A stretch of DNA of 64,000 nt from assembly GCA_963665115.1 (NCBI GenBank), contig OY762007.1, positions 4,608,001 through 4,672,000 on the forward strand, written 5' to 3'. The stretch's first letter is position 1. Every line of letters begins with the position of its first letter. Made by a program: the position numbers and the translations under genes. The DNA comes from an uncultured Rivularia sp. Lineage in GTDB: Bacteria; Cyanobacteriota; Cyanobacteriia; Cyanobacteriales; Nostocaceae. Shown here one piece after another: positions 42,867 to 52,167 of this stretch. Below the pieces are notes generated by a model. It searched no databases. It saw only the letters and a program-made list of their open reading frames with translations, and was not told the origin of the DNA.

Positions 42867-43868
42867 ATGACATATACAAATACAAATAATGTCGATTATA
42901 AAAGAGCCGCTGGTTTATTTTACAGCCGCGACGAAGCAGAAGCAGCCGTTCGTGGATTGAAAGATGCAGGTTTTAACCAAGATAGAATCTCCGTGATAGC
43001 GCGTGATGCCGACAAAGTAGAAGGCGTTCAATCAACACAAGATGTTGGTAATAAAGCTGATGAAGGTGCTACTGCTGGAGCTTTAACTGGTGGAGCATTG
43101 GGCGGAATTACTGGTTTGCTCGTAGGCTTAGGAGCATTGGCAATTCCCGGTATTGGGCCAATCATATTTGCTGGTGTTGAAGGAACTGCGATCGCAACTA
43201 CTTTAGCTGGTGGTGCAATCGGTGCGGCAACTGGTGGATTGGTAGGTGCTTTGGTTGGATTGGGAATTCCTGAAGAAAAAGCAAAAATCTACAATGACAG
43301 AGTTTCTGGCGGTAGCTTCTTAGTAATGGTAACTGGTACCGAAGCTGAAGTAGAACGTGTCGAAACAATCATGCAGCGTTGCGGTGTTGAAGAATTTGGT
43401 ATTTACGACGCACCAAATGCACCAGCACCGGCTCCACAACCAGTAGCAACACCTCCCAATCCTCGTGCAGAAGTTGCAGATAGTAACAACGTCAAGCTTT
43501 ACGAAGAACGTTTGGTAGCAGATAAAGAACGTCATAAAGCTGGTGAAGTTGCTATTGGCAAGCACGTAGAAACAGAAACAGCTAAAGTAGCCGTTCCCGT
43601 TGAGAAAGAAAGAATAGTAATTGAGCGTACCACTCCTACAAATGAAAGAGCAGTAGCTCCAGGAACTGCTGATTTCTCTGGTGGAGAAGTTGCTAATGTG
43701 GATATTTACGAAGAAACTGCTGAAATTGGTAAGGAAGCATTCGTTCGTGAAGAAGTAAAAGTTCGTAAAGAAGTTGAACACGAAACTGTAGAAGCGCAAG
43801 AAACACTTCGCCGCGAAGAATTAGATGTCGATGTTGATGGTAAGCCAGGAATTCGTAAAGACAGATAA
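42867..43868 (+). CDS. General stress protein with C-terminal DUF2382 (YsnF/AvaK) domain
   Basis: AGGAGG RBS, Gly-zipper GALAIPGIGP, LYEERLVADK...VREEVKVRK...LRREEL. Confidence 0.85.
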   Translation: MTYTNTNNVDYKRAAGLFYSRDEAEAAVRGLKDAGFNQDRISVIARDADKVEGVQSTQDVGNKADEGATAGALTGGALGGITGLLVGLGALAIPGIGPIIFAGVEGTAIATTLAGGAIGAATGGLVGALVGLGIPEEKAKIYNDRVSGGSFLVMVTGTEAEVERVETIMQRCGVEEFGIYDAPNAPAPAPQPVATPPNPRAEVADSNNVKLYEERLVADKERHKAGEVAIGKHVETETAKVAVPVEKERIVIERTTPTNERAVAPGTADFSGGEVANVDIYEETAEIGKEAFVREEVKVRKEVEHETVEAQETLRREELDVDVDGKPGIRKDR

Positions 43869-44004
43869 AAATTAAATGGAAGAAATTAAAATTGCAGAGA
43901 GAGTATTAAATAATTAGCGTAAATACTCTGTCTGCGATCTTCCATCTGTAATTAACCAATCAAATTATTAAATTTAGTTAAAAGAACATAGTGAGGAGAG
44001 AAAA

Positions 44005-44463
44005 ATGAAAAAATTAGCAACATTATTATTAGGTAGTATTTTACTTTTTAGTGCAGCTGCTTGTGATAATAACACCGCAAAGACTAGTGCTGATGCTCCC
44101 GATTCTGTTAGCGGTAGTGTAGAACAACCTGGAACAGTAGAAGAAACAAAAGAAGATGCGGCCAGCGAAATTCGTCAAGATCAGTTGAATGCCGATATCA
44201 GAGCCAGAGAACAACGTAACGATATAGCTGGCGATCAAACTGAAAGAGCAGATGCTGATTTAGCAAGTGAAGTACGTTCTAAATTAGAAGCTAATATTCC
44301 TCGTGCAAAATTAGTTATTGAAGCTGAAGAAGGTGTAGTATCAATTGGAGGTACAGTTCCCGATCAAAAGGAATACGACACAATTGAACCTTTGGCTAAA
44401 CAGATTTTAGGGGTAAAAGGTGTGAAGATGGAAGAAGTTAAGGTTGTACCACCTGCTAACTAA
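44005..44463 (+). CDS. BON-domain lipoprotein
   Basis: Lipobox AAAC, DLASEVRSKL...GVVSIGGTV...GVKGV. Confidence 0.82.
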   Translation: MKKLATLLLGSILLFSAAACDNNTAKTSADAPDSVSGSVEQPGTVEETKEDAASEIRQDQLNADIRAREQRNDIAGDQTERADADLASEVRSKLEANIPRAKLVIEAEEGVVSIGGTVPDQKEYDTIEPLAKQILGVKGVKMEEVKVVPPAN

Positions 44464-44593
44464 TTATGGTTTTACAAGACTTCTGGTAATCTGAATATTA
44501 CGGATTATCTAAAAATAAACTTTTTAAGGCAGAAATTATCAGTATAATAATTCTGCCCAAATTTTTTTAAATTTATAATTAGGAGAAAAAATT

Positions 44594-45124
44594 TTGTTTA
44601 ATAGTTGGGACTCTTTACAACACACGCTGACAATCGGAACATTGGGCTATATAGCTATAATTTTTCTGATGCGTATTTCGGGAAAGCGGACTTTATCTAA
44701 ATGGAATTCTTTTGATTTCATTGTTACTATCGCATTCGGTTCTATATTAGCAAGTTTAATGCTATCAAAAGATACTTCCTTAACACAGGGAGTATTAGCA
44801 ATTGGATTATTGGTGCTTTTCCAATTTATTATTACTTGGATTTCAGTACGTTCTGACATATTTCAGGGATGGATTAAAGCAGAACCAACCTTACTGCTTT
44901 TCCAAGGTGAATTACAGAGTAATGCTATGCGACATCAAAGAGTATGCAAAGGTGAAGTTTTAGCCGCGTTACGTACAAATGGAATGGCGGCATTAGAAGA
45001 CGCAGAAGCAGTAATTTTAGAAACAGATGGTAGCTTTAGCGTCATAAAGAAACTTAAAGAATCTTCAGCTTCTGCACTAGTTGATGTTAAAGGTTATCCC
45101 AAACAAAAAACTGCACAAATTTAA
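44594..45124 (+). CDS. DUF421 (YetF) membrane protein
   Basis: RISGKRTLSKWNSFDF, ILETDGSFSVI. TTG start after AGGAG. Confidence 0.85.
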   Translation: MFNSWDSLQHTLTIGTLGYIAIIFLMRISGKRTLSKWNSFDFIVTIAFGSILASLMLSKDTSLTQGVLAIGLLVLFQFIITWISVRSDIFQGWIKAEPTLLLFQGELQSNAMRHQRVCKGEVLAALRTNGMAALEDAEAVILETDGSFSVIKKLKESSASALVDVKGYPKQKTAQI

Positions 45125-45201
45125 AGTATCATCATAATAATCTGTTGTAAAATAAAAATTAATCGATAATAACAAAATTTTTATTTAACTAGGAAGTTAG
45201 T

Positions 45202-45987
45202 TTGCAACCAAATTTATTTTCGATTTCAAACAAGCTTTGCTTAGACTGGCTTGCTTTTTTCGGTATTATTATTAGTAGATATTTTGTCATCTGTGGGGGA
45301 GCGCATTTATTTTTTTATTCCATTTTTGCCAACTTTTTTGACAAACCTATTTTAAGTCGTAAGCCTCCGTCGTGGAAAACAATAAAAAAAGATATGGAAT
45401 TATCGCTTTGTAGCGCGGTAATTTTTGCATTTGGTGCGGCGTTGGTTATAACAGCATACGACTTAGGATTTACACGTTTATATATTTCCGTAGATAAATA
45501 TGGATTCTGGTATTTAGGGTTTAGTTTTGTTGTATTACTTATCCTTCAGGATGCATATTTTTACTTTATGCATCGATTATTTCACCATCCCTTACTGTTT
45601 AAAAAATTACATTACGGGCATCATCGCTCTGGAGATCCCACACCTTGGACATCGTTTGCATTTGACTCTAGCGAAGCAATTATACAAGCTCTTTTCTTTA
45701 TCTGTATAGTTTTTGTGTTACCACTTCATTACATCCCCTTGCTTACAGCTTTAATGGTGATGACAATATGGGCAGTCTTTAATCACATTGGATTCGAGTT
45801 ATTTCCATCGTCTTTTTATTCAAACTGGTTGGGAAAATGGTTTATTGGCTCAAAACACCATTTAATACACCATCGTAAATACAGGCTACATTACGGTTTG
45901 TATTTTACATTTTGGGATAAACTTTTAGGTACTCAGGATGCCAATTATGAAAAAGAAAAATTAGTTTCAATTCAAAAGCAAATCTAA
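45202..45987 (+). CDS. Sterol desaturase / fatty-acid hydroxylase family protein
   Basis: His boxes HRLFH, HYGHH, HHLIHH, and FWDKLLGT. Confidence 0.88.
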   Translation: MQPNLFSISNKLCLDWLAFFGIIISRYFVICGGAHLFFYSIFANFFDKPILSRKPPSWKTIKKDMELSLCSAVIFAFGAALVITAYDLGFTRLYISVDKYGFWYLGFSFVVLLILQDAYFYFMHRLFHHPLLFKKLHYGHHRSGDPTPWTSFAFDSSEAIIQALFFICIVFVLPLHYIPLLTALMVMTIWAVFNHIGFELFPSSFYSNWLGKWFIGSKHHLIHHRKYRLHYGLYFTFWDKLLGTQDANYEKEKLVSIQKQI

Positions 45988-46415
45988 CGTAATTTTTCCC
46001 GTACCTCCATTAATATTTGTCCTAACATATTCATTCCGCTACCATCTTTACCACAACCCCAGTAATAATCTCCGGGAGCATTTTCGATTATTTCTTCATC
46101 ATTAGTTGAAAGCAGAATTTCGCGAATTTCGGCGTGAGTTTCAAACTTTTTTAAAACAGCCTTTCGCATTACATCATCTTTAACTTCCTCCCAATCAGCA
46201 CGTAAAGGGCGTTTTCGATCTCTTCCCATCGTGGCAGCTTGTTTGGCAGTTTTAGCTTGCTGAATTTCTTCTAAATGATGAGTTTTGATAAACTTTTGGG
46301 CTTGAAAATAATGTTCTGTAGTTTTCCACCAAAAGCCCTCTAATTCAACACCGTGGGGGGAGAAATTCGAGAAGCAACCGTATTTGTCGTTGGTGGTGTA
46401 GAAGTAAATTGTCAT
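45984..46415 (-). CDS. NADAR (YbiA) family protein
   Basis: FSNF, TTEHYFQAQKF, DYYWG...GMNMLGQILMEVR. Confidence 0.92.
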   Translation of the reverse strand: MTIYFYTTNDKYGCFSNFSPHGVELEGFWWKTTEHYFQAQKFIKTHHLEEIQQAKTAKQAATMGRDRKRPLRADWEEVKDDVMRKAVLKKFETHAEIREILLSTNDEEIIENAPGDYYWGCGKDGSGMNMLGQILMEVREKLR

Positions 46416-46450
46416 ATTGATTTTGGATTTTGGATTTTATATTTTATATT

Positions 46451-46823
46451 TAGCGAGCAATATGGTAATTAGTTAGTGAGCAATATGGTAATTGATTAGC
46501 GAGCAAGATAGTGGTTAATTAGCGAGCAAGATGCTCGCACTACAGGGTAAACAAATGGTAATTAGTTAGCGAGCAATATGGTAATTAATTAGCGAGCAAG
46601 ATAGTGGTTAATTAGCGAGCAATATGGTAATTGATTAGCGAGCAATATGGTAATTGATTAGCGAGCAAGATAGTGGTTAATTAGCGAGCAAGATGCTCGC
46701 ACTACAGGGTAAACGAATGGTAATTAGTTAGTGAGCAATATGGTAACTAGTTAATGAGCAAGATGGTAATTAATTAGCGAGCAAGATGCTTGTCCTCGCG
46801 GACACGCTGCGCTAACGTACTAC
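46451..46823 (-). repeat. REP-derived tandem array left of RAYT
   Basis: Units of about 23 bp (TAGCGAGCAATATGGTAATTAGT), with full REPs GCGAGCAAGATGCTCGCACTAC at 46522-46543 and 46684-46705. Confidence 0.9.
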
Positions 46824-46827
46824 GGGG

Positions 46828-47277
46828 CTAATGTATTTTCCATAGGAAAGGATATTCTTCTGGTGTAGCTGATAAACCGGCTTTTACTGGATTTTGTCTA
46901 ATATATTCCCATTGATTACAAAACTCTTTTTCGGTTTGAATCATTTCGTCAAATCTGCCATCCTGCCAAACTTTTCCTATATGCAACATCACTTTAGTAA
47001 TTTGCTTGGAACTATAACTTTTAATGCTGTGTAAAATACTTCCTATTGACCAGTATTCATTTTCTGATTTAATAAAAGGTTGAATAATAAAATGTACATG
47101 ATCTGGCATTATGACAACAATAAAAAGGTTATACCTTTTTTGATGAAAAAATTTACAAGCATTTAATACAACTTGTCGGGCTTCTGAATTTAACTCCAAT
47201 CTTTCATAAGTTACAAAAGTAATAAAATATTTGCCTTCTGGTTTCTCTAACTTTGGTATTTGTTTTTTAAAGCTCAT
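46828..47277 (-). mobile_element. REP-associated tyrosine transposase (RAYT/TnpA-REP, HUH Y1 family)
   Basis: YFITFVT, MPDHVH (HUH), VWQ..RFDEMI, YIRQNPVKAGL. Flanked by GTAG-REP arrays. Confidence 0.88.
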
Positions 47278-47338
47278 TATTATCTATCTCAATCATTCGT
47301 CTACATATTCTTGATTTTTTATAACATTGCCTCCAATA

Positions 47339-47910
47339 GTAGTGCGTTAGCGCAGCGTGTCCGCGAGGGACAAGCATCTTGCTCGCTAATTTACCGAATC
47401 TTGCTCGCTAATTTACCGAATCTTGCTCGTTAATTTATCGAATCTAAAATAAATCAAACCGTAGTGCGTTAGCGCAGCGTGTCCGCGAGGACAAGCATCT
47501 TGCTCGCTAGTAAATTAAATCTTGTTTGCTAATTTATCTAATTTACCGAATCTAAAATAAATCAAACCGTAGTGCGTTAGCGCAGCGTGTCCGCGAGGAC
47601 AAGCATCTTGCTCGCTAATTTACCCAATCTTGCTCGCTAATTTACCGAATATTGCTCGTTAATTTACCGAATATTGCTCGTTAATTTACCGAATCTTGCT
47701 CGCTAATTTACCGAATCTTGCTCGCTAATTTACCGAATCTTGCTCGCTAATTTACCGAATCTTGCTCGCTAATTTACCGAATATTGCTCGTTAATTTATC
47801 GAATCTAAAATAAATCAAGCCGTAGTGCGTTAGCGCAGCGTGTCCGCGAGGACAAGCATCTTGCTCGCTAATTTACCCAATCTTGCTCGCTAGTAAATTA
47901 CATCTTGCAA
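47339..47910 (+). repeat. REP-derived tandem array right of RAYT
   Basis: GTAG-REP heads at 47339, 47461, 47569 and 47822; about nine 22-bp units TCTTGCTCGCTAATTTACCGAA at 47606-47803. Confidence 0.9.
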
Positions 47911-47922
47911 AAAAGCAATCCT

Positions 47923-50328
47923 TCAAACCCCCAAAAACTGCTTCAAAATAGGCAATACCAAAACAGCATTCGCTTCATCAATATGATTGGCATCATTTGA
48001 CACATTTCCATCCACACCATTCTTCACTCTCTCACCCATTTGTCGCCGCTCTGGCTCAGAAAAAGTTGCAAATGTACGCCGTAATAAAGGTAACGAAGCA
48101 ACAAAAAAATCTTCACTTAAGGTACTTACCCAGTTATCTAAAACTTGCCAAAGCTTATCGTCATGTAAAAGTAATAAACCGCTACCTTTTAAAAATCCTT
48201 CCACCCATGCACCTGCTTGAGATGGCTCCGTAGCTGTAGATAAAGCCAACCCCATCCGACGTGCTGCTTCTGCTGCATCCAACACCTCAGCATCCAATAA
48301 TAAACGACAGCAACGCCCGGAAATTAAACCATGTACGTTGGAATTATCTGCAATTTGCGATAAAACTAGTCGCCAAGAGGTAATATATTCTTCGTTTTGT
48401 AATAAAGCAATGGCATTATTTACCTTGACTACATTCTCATACATCGCCGATGCTGCATCGTCATCCAAAGAAGCGCAGGCACCCGGCAAACTAATACAGA
48501 TTCGCGCTACCAAACCATCAACAACATGAGATATCATCTGTGTATCTGTTTGACGCACGTTACCGTAACGCATCACATTAGCGAGCGGTGGTAATGCATT
48601 CATTAAATGACTGACATCGCTAGTTAAAGCCGCAGCATTTTGCAATCGCGACATCAAATAAATTACTGCATCAGGTAAGTCAGACAAAATAACTTTATCC
48701 AGCAAACCTGTCAGCATTGGTAACTCATCAGTTGTATCCGCAGCACTACAAGCTTTCACATTAGCAGCATCACCAATAGTATTACCCCAAACTCCGGCTT
48801 CAATTAAATTGACGGCAAATTCGGGATGCCATTGCACCAGCCAAAATTCGTGAAAAGTACCCTTCTTACCGCGAGTTTGTTGAAATTGTCCCCAAGGAAT
48901 ATCTAAAAGATTAAGACGATGCAGCAAGTGAGAGCGAGCTAAATCGTTTTCTTTTCGCAAATCCAAATCGTACATCTTTTCTGTAACATCCGCAGGCATC
49001 CGCAAGCGCTTTTGCTGTCGCTGTAAATCTTGCTGCAACGGCACCATCGGCGTTTCGTCGGGAACTTTGCCCAAACTTTCACCAACAATCAATTTATCGA
49101 AAATTAGCTGCATCGGTAAATCGCTACCAAAACACATCACCGTTTGAGTAGCTTCATTTAACTCCGGTAAACCTGGCAAAGAACGATTTCGCAAAGCCGC
49201 CAAAGATTCCGCCAACCGCACTGCTTCAATAACGTGTGCTGAAGAAGCATCTAAATCTTGCTCTCGAAGTAAACGTGCTACTCGTGTCATCCAGGTGATA
49301 GAGATGGGGGGAGGGGGAGAGGGGGTGGAGGAGCCACTTGCGTGCGGGGGTTCCCCCCGTTGAGCAAAGTGGCATGGGGTGGAGGGGGTAGAAATTTCTT
49401 GTTTGTCTTCTCCCCTTGTCTCCCCAATCCCCAATGCCCAATTCCCCATGCCCGAATTCCAAAGATGATGATACCAACCTGGTGATTCTATACCCGCGCC
49501 ATAACCGCTGCTGTATGACAAACGTCCGTAAGTCCAAGGTATCCAGGTTGCCTGTACTTTTATTTTAGGTAAACCTTTGAGTAATGCAGTATCTTCTTTT
49601 GCTGGTGGCATCTGGGAAAGTGCGGGAGCGTGCCAAGCTCCACAGACAACGGCGATGCGTTGAAATCCTTCTTTTTGTGCTGCGCGGATGGTTTTCCGCA
49701 TATGTGCTTCGCGTTTGGCTTCGATGGGATTTTCCGGTGCTGGCATTTCTTCACGCACGGCAGTCATTGCTTCGAGGATAGCGGTAAATAAATCAACACT
49801 ATCTCCCCGTGTTTCTACCATATGTTCCCACCAACGTTCGCCGTCGCTGTAACCTGCTGCTTCGGCAAGTAAGCCTAGAGGATCTTGTGGGGTAGAGGGG
49901 GTAGAGGGGGTAGAGGGGGTGGAATTTTCTAGTTGTACTGTCTCCTTGTCTCCTTGTCCCCCCATCTCTTCATCTCGTTCTTCGGCGTTAAGCGAAGCTC
50001 TACCGAAGGTAATCGCCATCCGATGAGTCAGGGGTAAATCCATGAACCGCACGGGGATATTATTACTTAGTCCATATTGTATTGCTTGCCACTCTGGTGA
50101 GAAGATGGCGAAGGGATAATAAACGCTTTCTTTGGGGTTGTCTGGGAGGTAAATTAGTAGTGCTACGGGGGGCTGCATTTGCGATGAAGCGACTAGTGGT
50201 AGCAAGGATTCGGCATCGGGTGGCCCTTCGATTAAGATGGTGTCGGGTTGTAGTTTTTCTAATGCTCGGCGTAGGCTGCGTGCTGAACCGGGGCCGTGAT
50301 GTCGGATACCAAAGATGTGGGTTGTCAT
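47923..50328 (-). CDS. DUF5682 (YehM-like) protein with in-frame repeat insertions
   Basis: FGIRHHGPGSA, IEGPPD, FSPEWQAI, VVCGAWHAPAL, SGYGAGIESPGWY. Confidence 0.88.
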   Translation of the reverse strand: MTTHIFGIRHHGPGSARSLRRALEKLQPDTILIEGPPDAESLLPLVASSQMQPPVALLIYLPDNPKESVYYPFAIFSPEWQAIQYGLSNNIPVRFMDLPLTHRMAITFGRASLNAEERDEEMGGQGDKETVQLENSTPSTPSTPSTPQDPLGLLAEAAGYSDGERWWEHMVETRGDSVDLFTAILEAMTAVREEMPAPENPIEAKREAHMRKTIRAAQKEGFQRIAVVCGAWHAPALSQMPPAKEDTALLKGLPKIKVQATWIPWTYGRLSYSSGYGAGIESPGWYHHLWNSGMGNWALGIGETRGEDKQEISTPSTPCHFAQRGEPPHASGSSTPSPPPPISITWMTRVARLLREQDLDASSAHVIEAVRLAESLAALRNRSLPGLPELNEATQTVMCFGSDLPMQLIFDKLIVGESLGKVPDETPMVPLQQDLQRQQKRLRMPADVTEKMYDLDLRKENDLARSHLLHRLNLLDIPWGQFQQTRGKKGTFHEFWLVQWHPEFAVNLIEAGVWGNTIGDAANVKACSAADTTDELPMLTGLLDKVILSDLPDAVIYLMSRLQNAAALTSDVSHLMNALPPLANVMRYGNVRQTDTQMISHVVDGLVARICISLPGACASLDDDAASAMYENVVKVNNAIALLQNEEYITSWRLVLSQIADNSNVHGLISGRCCRLLLDAEVLDAAEAARRMGLALSTATEPSQAGAWVEGFLKGSGLLLLHDDKLWQVLDNWVSTLSEDFFVASLPLLRRTFATFSEPERRQMGERVKNGVDGNVSNDANHIDEANAVLVLPILKQFLGV

Positions 50329-50507
50329 GATTATTTAAACCGCAGAGACGCGCTCGGGCGCAGAGGAAGAAAAAGAGAGTAAGAAGTTAATTAAACTATA
50401 TTTTTATAACTTATTAGCTTTTCAAAGAGTAATGAGCGTTCGTAAAGTGATATTACAGGATTTTGATTTTTTAACCCTGAAATATCATAAATGTACAAAA
50501 ATTTGAT

Positions 50508-51923
50508 TCAAATTTCCTCAGTTACAACTCTACGAATAATTTCAGTTATATCGGCAGCCATACGTGCATCAAGCTCTGCCCATTTACCGTTAGTGGGATT
50601 TGTAACTCCTCGAAGTGTCATGGCTAATGTTCTTAATTTTCCTAATTGAGTATTAGATTTGAAACGCTCGTCAATAAACTGCACGAAAGCGGTGTAAGTA
50701 ATTTCAAATGTATTTCTACTATTACTATATCCATAACCTAACTTGGAAATAATTACTGGTGCGCCGATAGTTTTTTCTAATCCTAAAGTTTCTAAAGCTA
50801 CTTCTGCATAGCGTGCTTTATCGTAAGCCATTGCATAAATTATATCTTTAAGACTGTGCCATTGCGCTGCCGGTAAACGTGCTGATTGATTAAGATGTAA
50901 ATGCCATCCTAACATTGACATCAACCGGGTTAAATCGTAAGCGGAAAGATAATTTTTATCTATTTCCAAACCTGTAGCAGCAGCATTTAATATTTGCTTT
51001 CCGGTAATCCTATCAAATAAAGATGGTTGAGAAATAAAAGGTGTTTCACCGTATCCGCTACGAAATTCTAAATTTTGATTTCCAGTGATGCTTTTAAGCC
51101 AGTTTTCTAAACCAAAAGGTGTTTGAAATCTTTTTAACATCGCAGCCGCTGAATTTGAACTTGCTATTTTATTTCTATAACTAATGATATCTAGGACTAT
51201 ATCTAAAAAGTTATATTTTTTATCGTTAATATAGCAGCTTTCAATATCAAGGTTAGCCAATTTTGAATTTGCTTCACAAGCTGTATTCAGAATCGGAATA
51301 ATCTTTGTCGCACTCCAAAATTGATTTTTAGTTAAATAATTTTTTCCCAACCACCGGGTTTTAATTTCTCCACTATCAAATTTACCGAGACAGACACAAG
51401 CTTCTGTAATTACTGAATCTAGAAAGTTTAAACTTGTATTTTCAATAGTTGGTATTGTTCCTCGTTGGGGATAATTATTGTATGTTGAATTAATAGATTG
51501 ATTTTCGTATTTTGCAGCTAAACGGTTAGAATATTCGTTGATTTGAGCAATATAAGTCGAATTTTTAATATCTCGGTGTAAGAATGCTGCAACATCATCA
51601 CCGGAAAGTCTGGTTTTTTTTGCTATAGCAAGTAATTTATGAAAAATTGATTCTTGATTTGCTGTTTGTAAGATAAATGGTAATTGCTTTGTAATTAACA
51701 GCTTCCAAGCAAAGTTTTCATCAAAGCGAAGTATTGGTAAATCTACAGCCTGACAAAACTGTTTAATTGCACCTTCAGTCATTGGGCCATAATCACCATC
51801 TACTAATTTTCCACCAGGATATAAACCCAAGCTTTTAAGATTAATTTGGATTTCGGTAACTAATTGTTCGTCTGCTTTTACTTGTTCTTTGCTTAATAAA
51901 CCACTAATATTTTCAAGCTTCAT
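50508..51923 (-). CDS. Peptidoglycan-binding domain protein with beta-lactamase-like C-terminal region
   Basis: VDGDYGPMTEGAIKQF PG-binding motif; WSATK, SSN and SKLG resemble SxxK, SxN and KTG. Confidence 0.65.
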   Translation of the reverse strand: MKLENISGLLSKEQVKADEQLVTEIQINLKSLGLYPGGKLVDGDYGPMTEGAIKQFCQAVDLPILRFDENFAWKLLITKQLPFILQTANQESIFHKLLAIAKKTRLSGDDVAAFLHRDIKNSTYIAQINEYSNRLAAKYENQSINSTYNNYPQRGTIPTIENTSLNFLDSVITEACVCLGKFDSGEIKTRWLGKNYLTKNQFWSATKIIPILNTACEANSKLANLDIESCYINDKKYNFLDIVLDIISYRNKIASSNSAAAMLKRFQTPFGLENWLKSITGNQNLEFRSGYGETPFISQPSLFDRITGKQILNAAATGLEIDKNYLSAYDLTRLMSMLGWHLHLNQSARLPAAQWHSLKDIIYAMAYDKARYAEVALETLGLEKTIGAPVIISKLGYGYSNSRNTFEITYTAFVQFIDERFKSNTQLGKLRTLAMTLRGVTNPTNGKWAELDARMAADITEIIRRVVTEEI

Positions 51924-52167
51924 ATTCTGTTAAAATTTCTGACTATAAAATTCTACTATCACTACAAGCGTTTATGTCGTGAATACAGAAAATGAGGAAA
52001 TAATAAATTTTAACTTCTTACCAATAGGGAATAGACAACAGTCTCAAGTTGAAGTTAATTATAAAATTAAAGATATTTTCCGAAATCTTTCAAAGGATAT
52101 TTGTAGTGATAAACATAAAGAGATTTTACAAATAACCTACACATAATTATTATTTCGGAGCAAAACG

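Noticed and set aside
46828..47277. IS200/IS605 element with TnpB or guide RNA
   Set aside because: No tnpB nearby; the NPVKAGL motif and REP flanks fit RAYT.
46451..47910. Possible CRISPR arrays
   Set aside because: Units are head-to-tail with no unique spacers and no cas genes; they are REP-derived tandem repeats.
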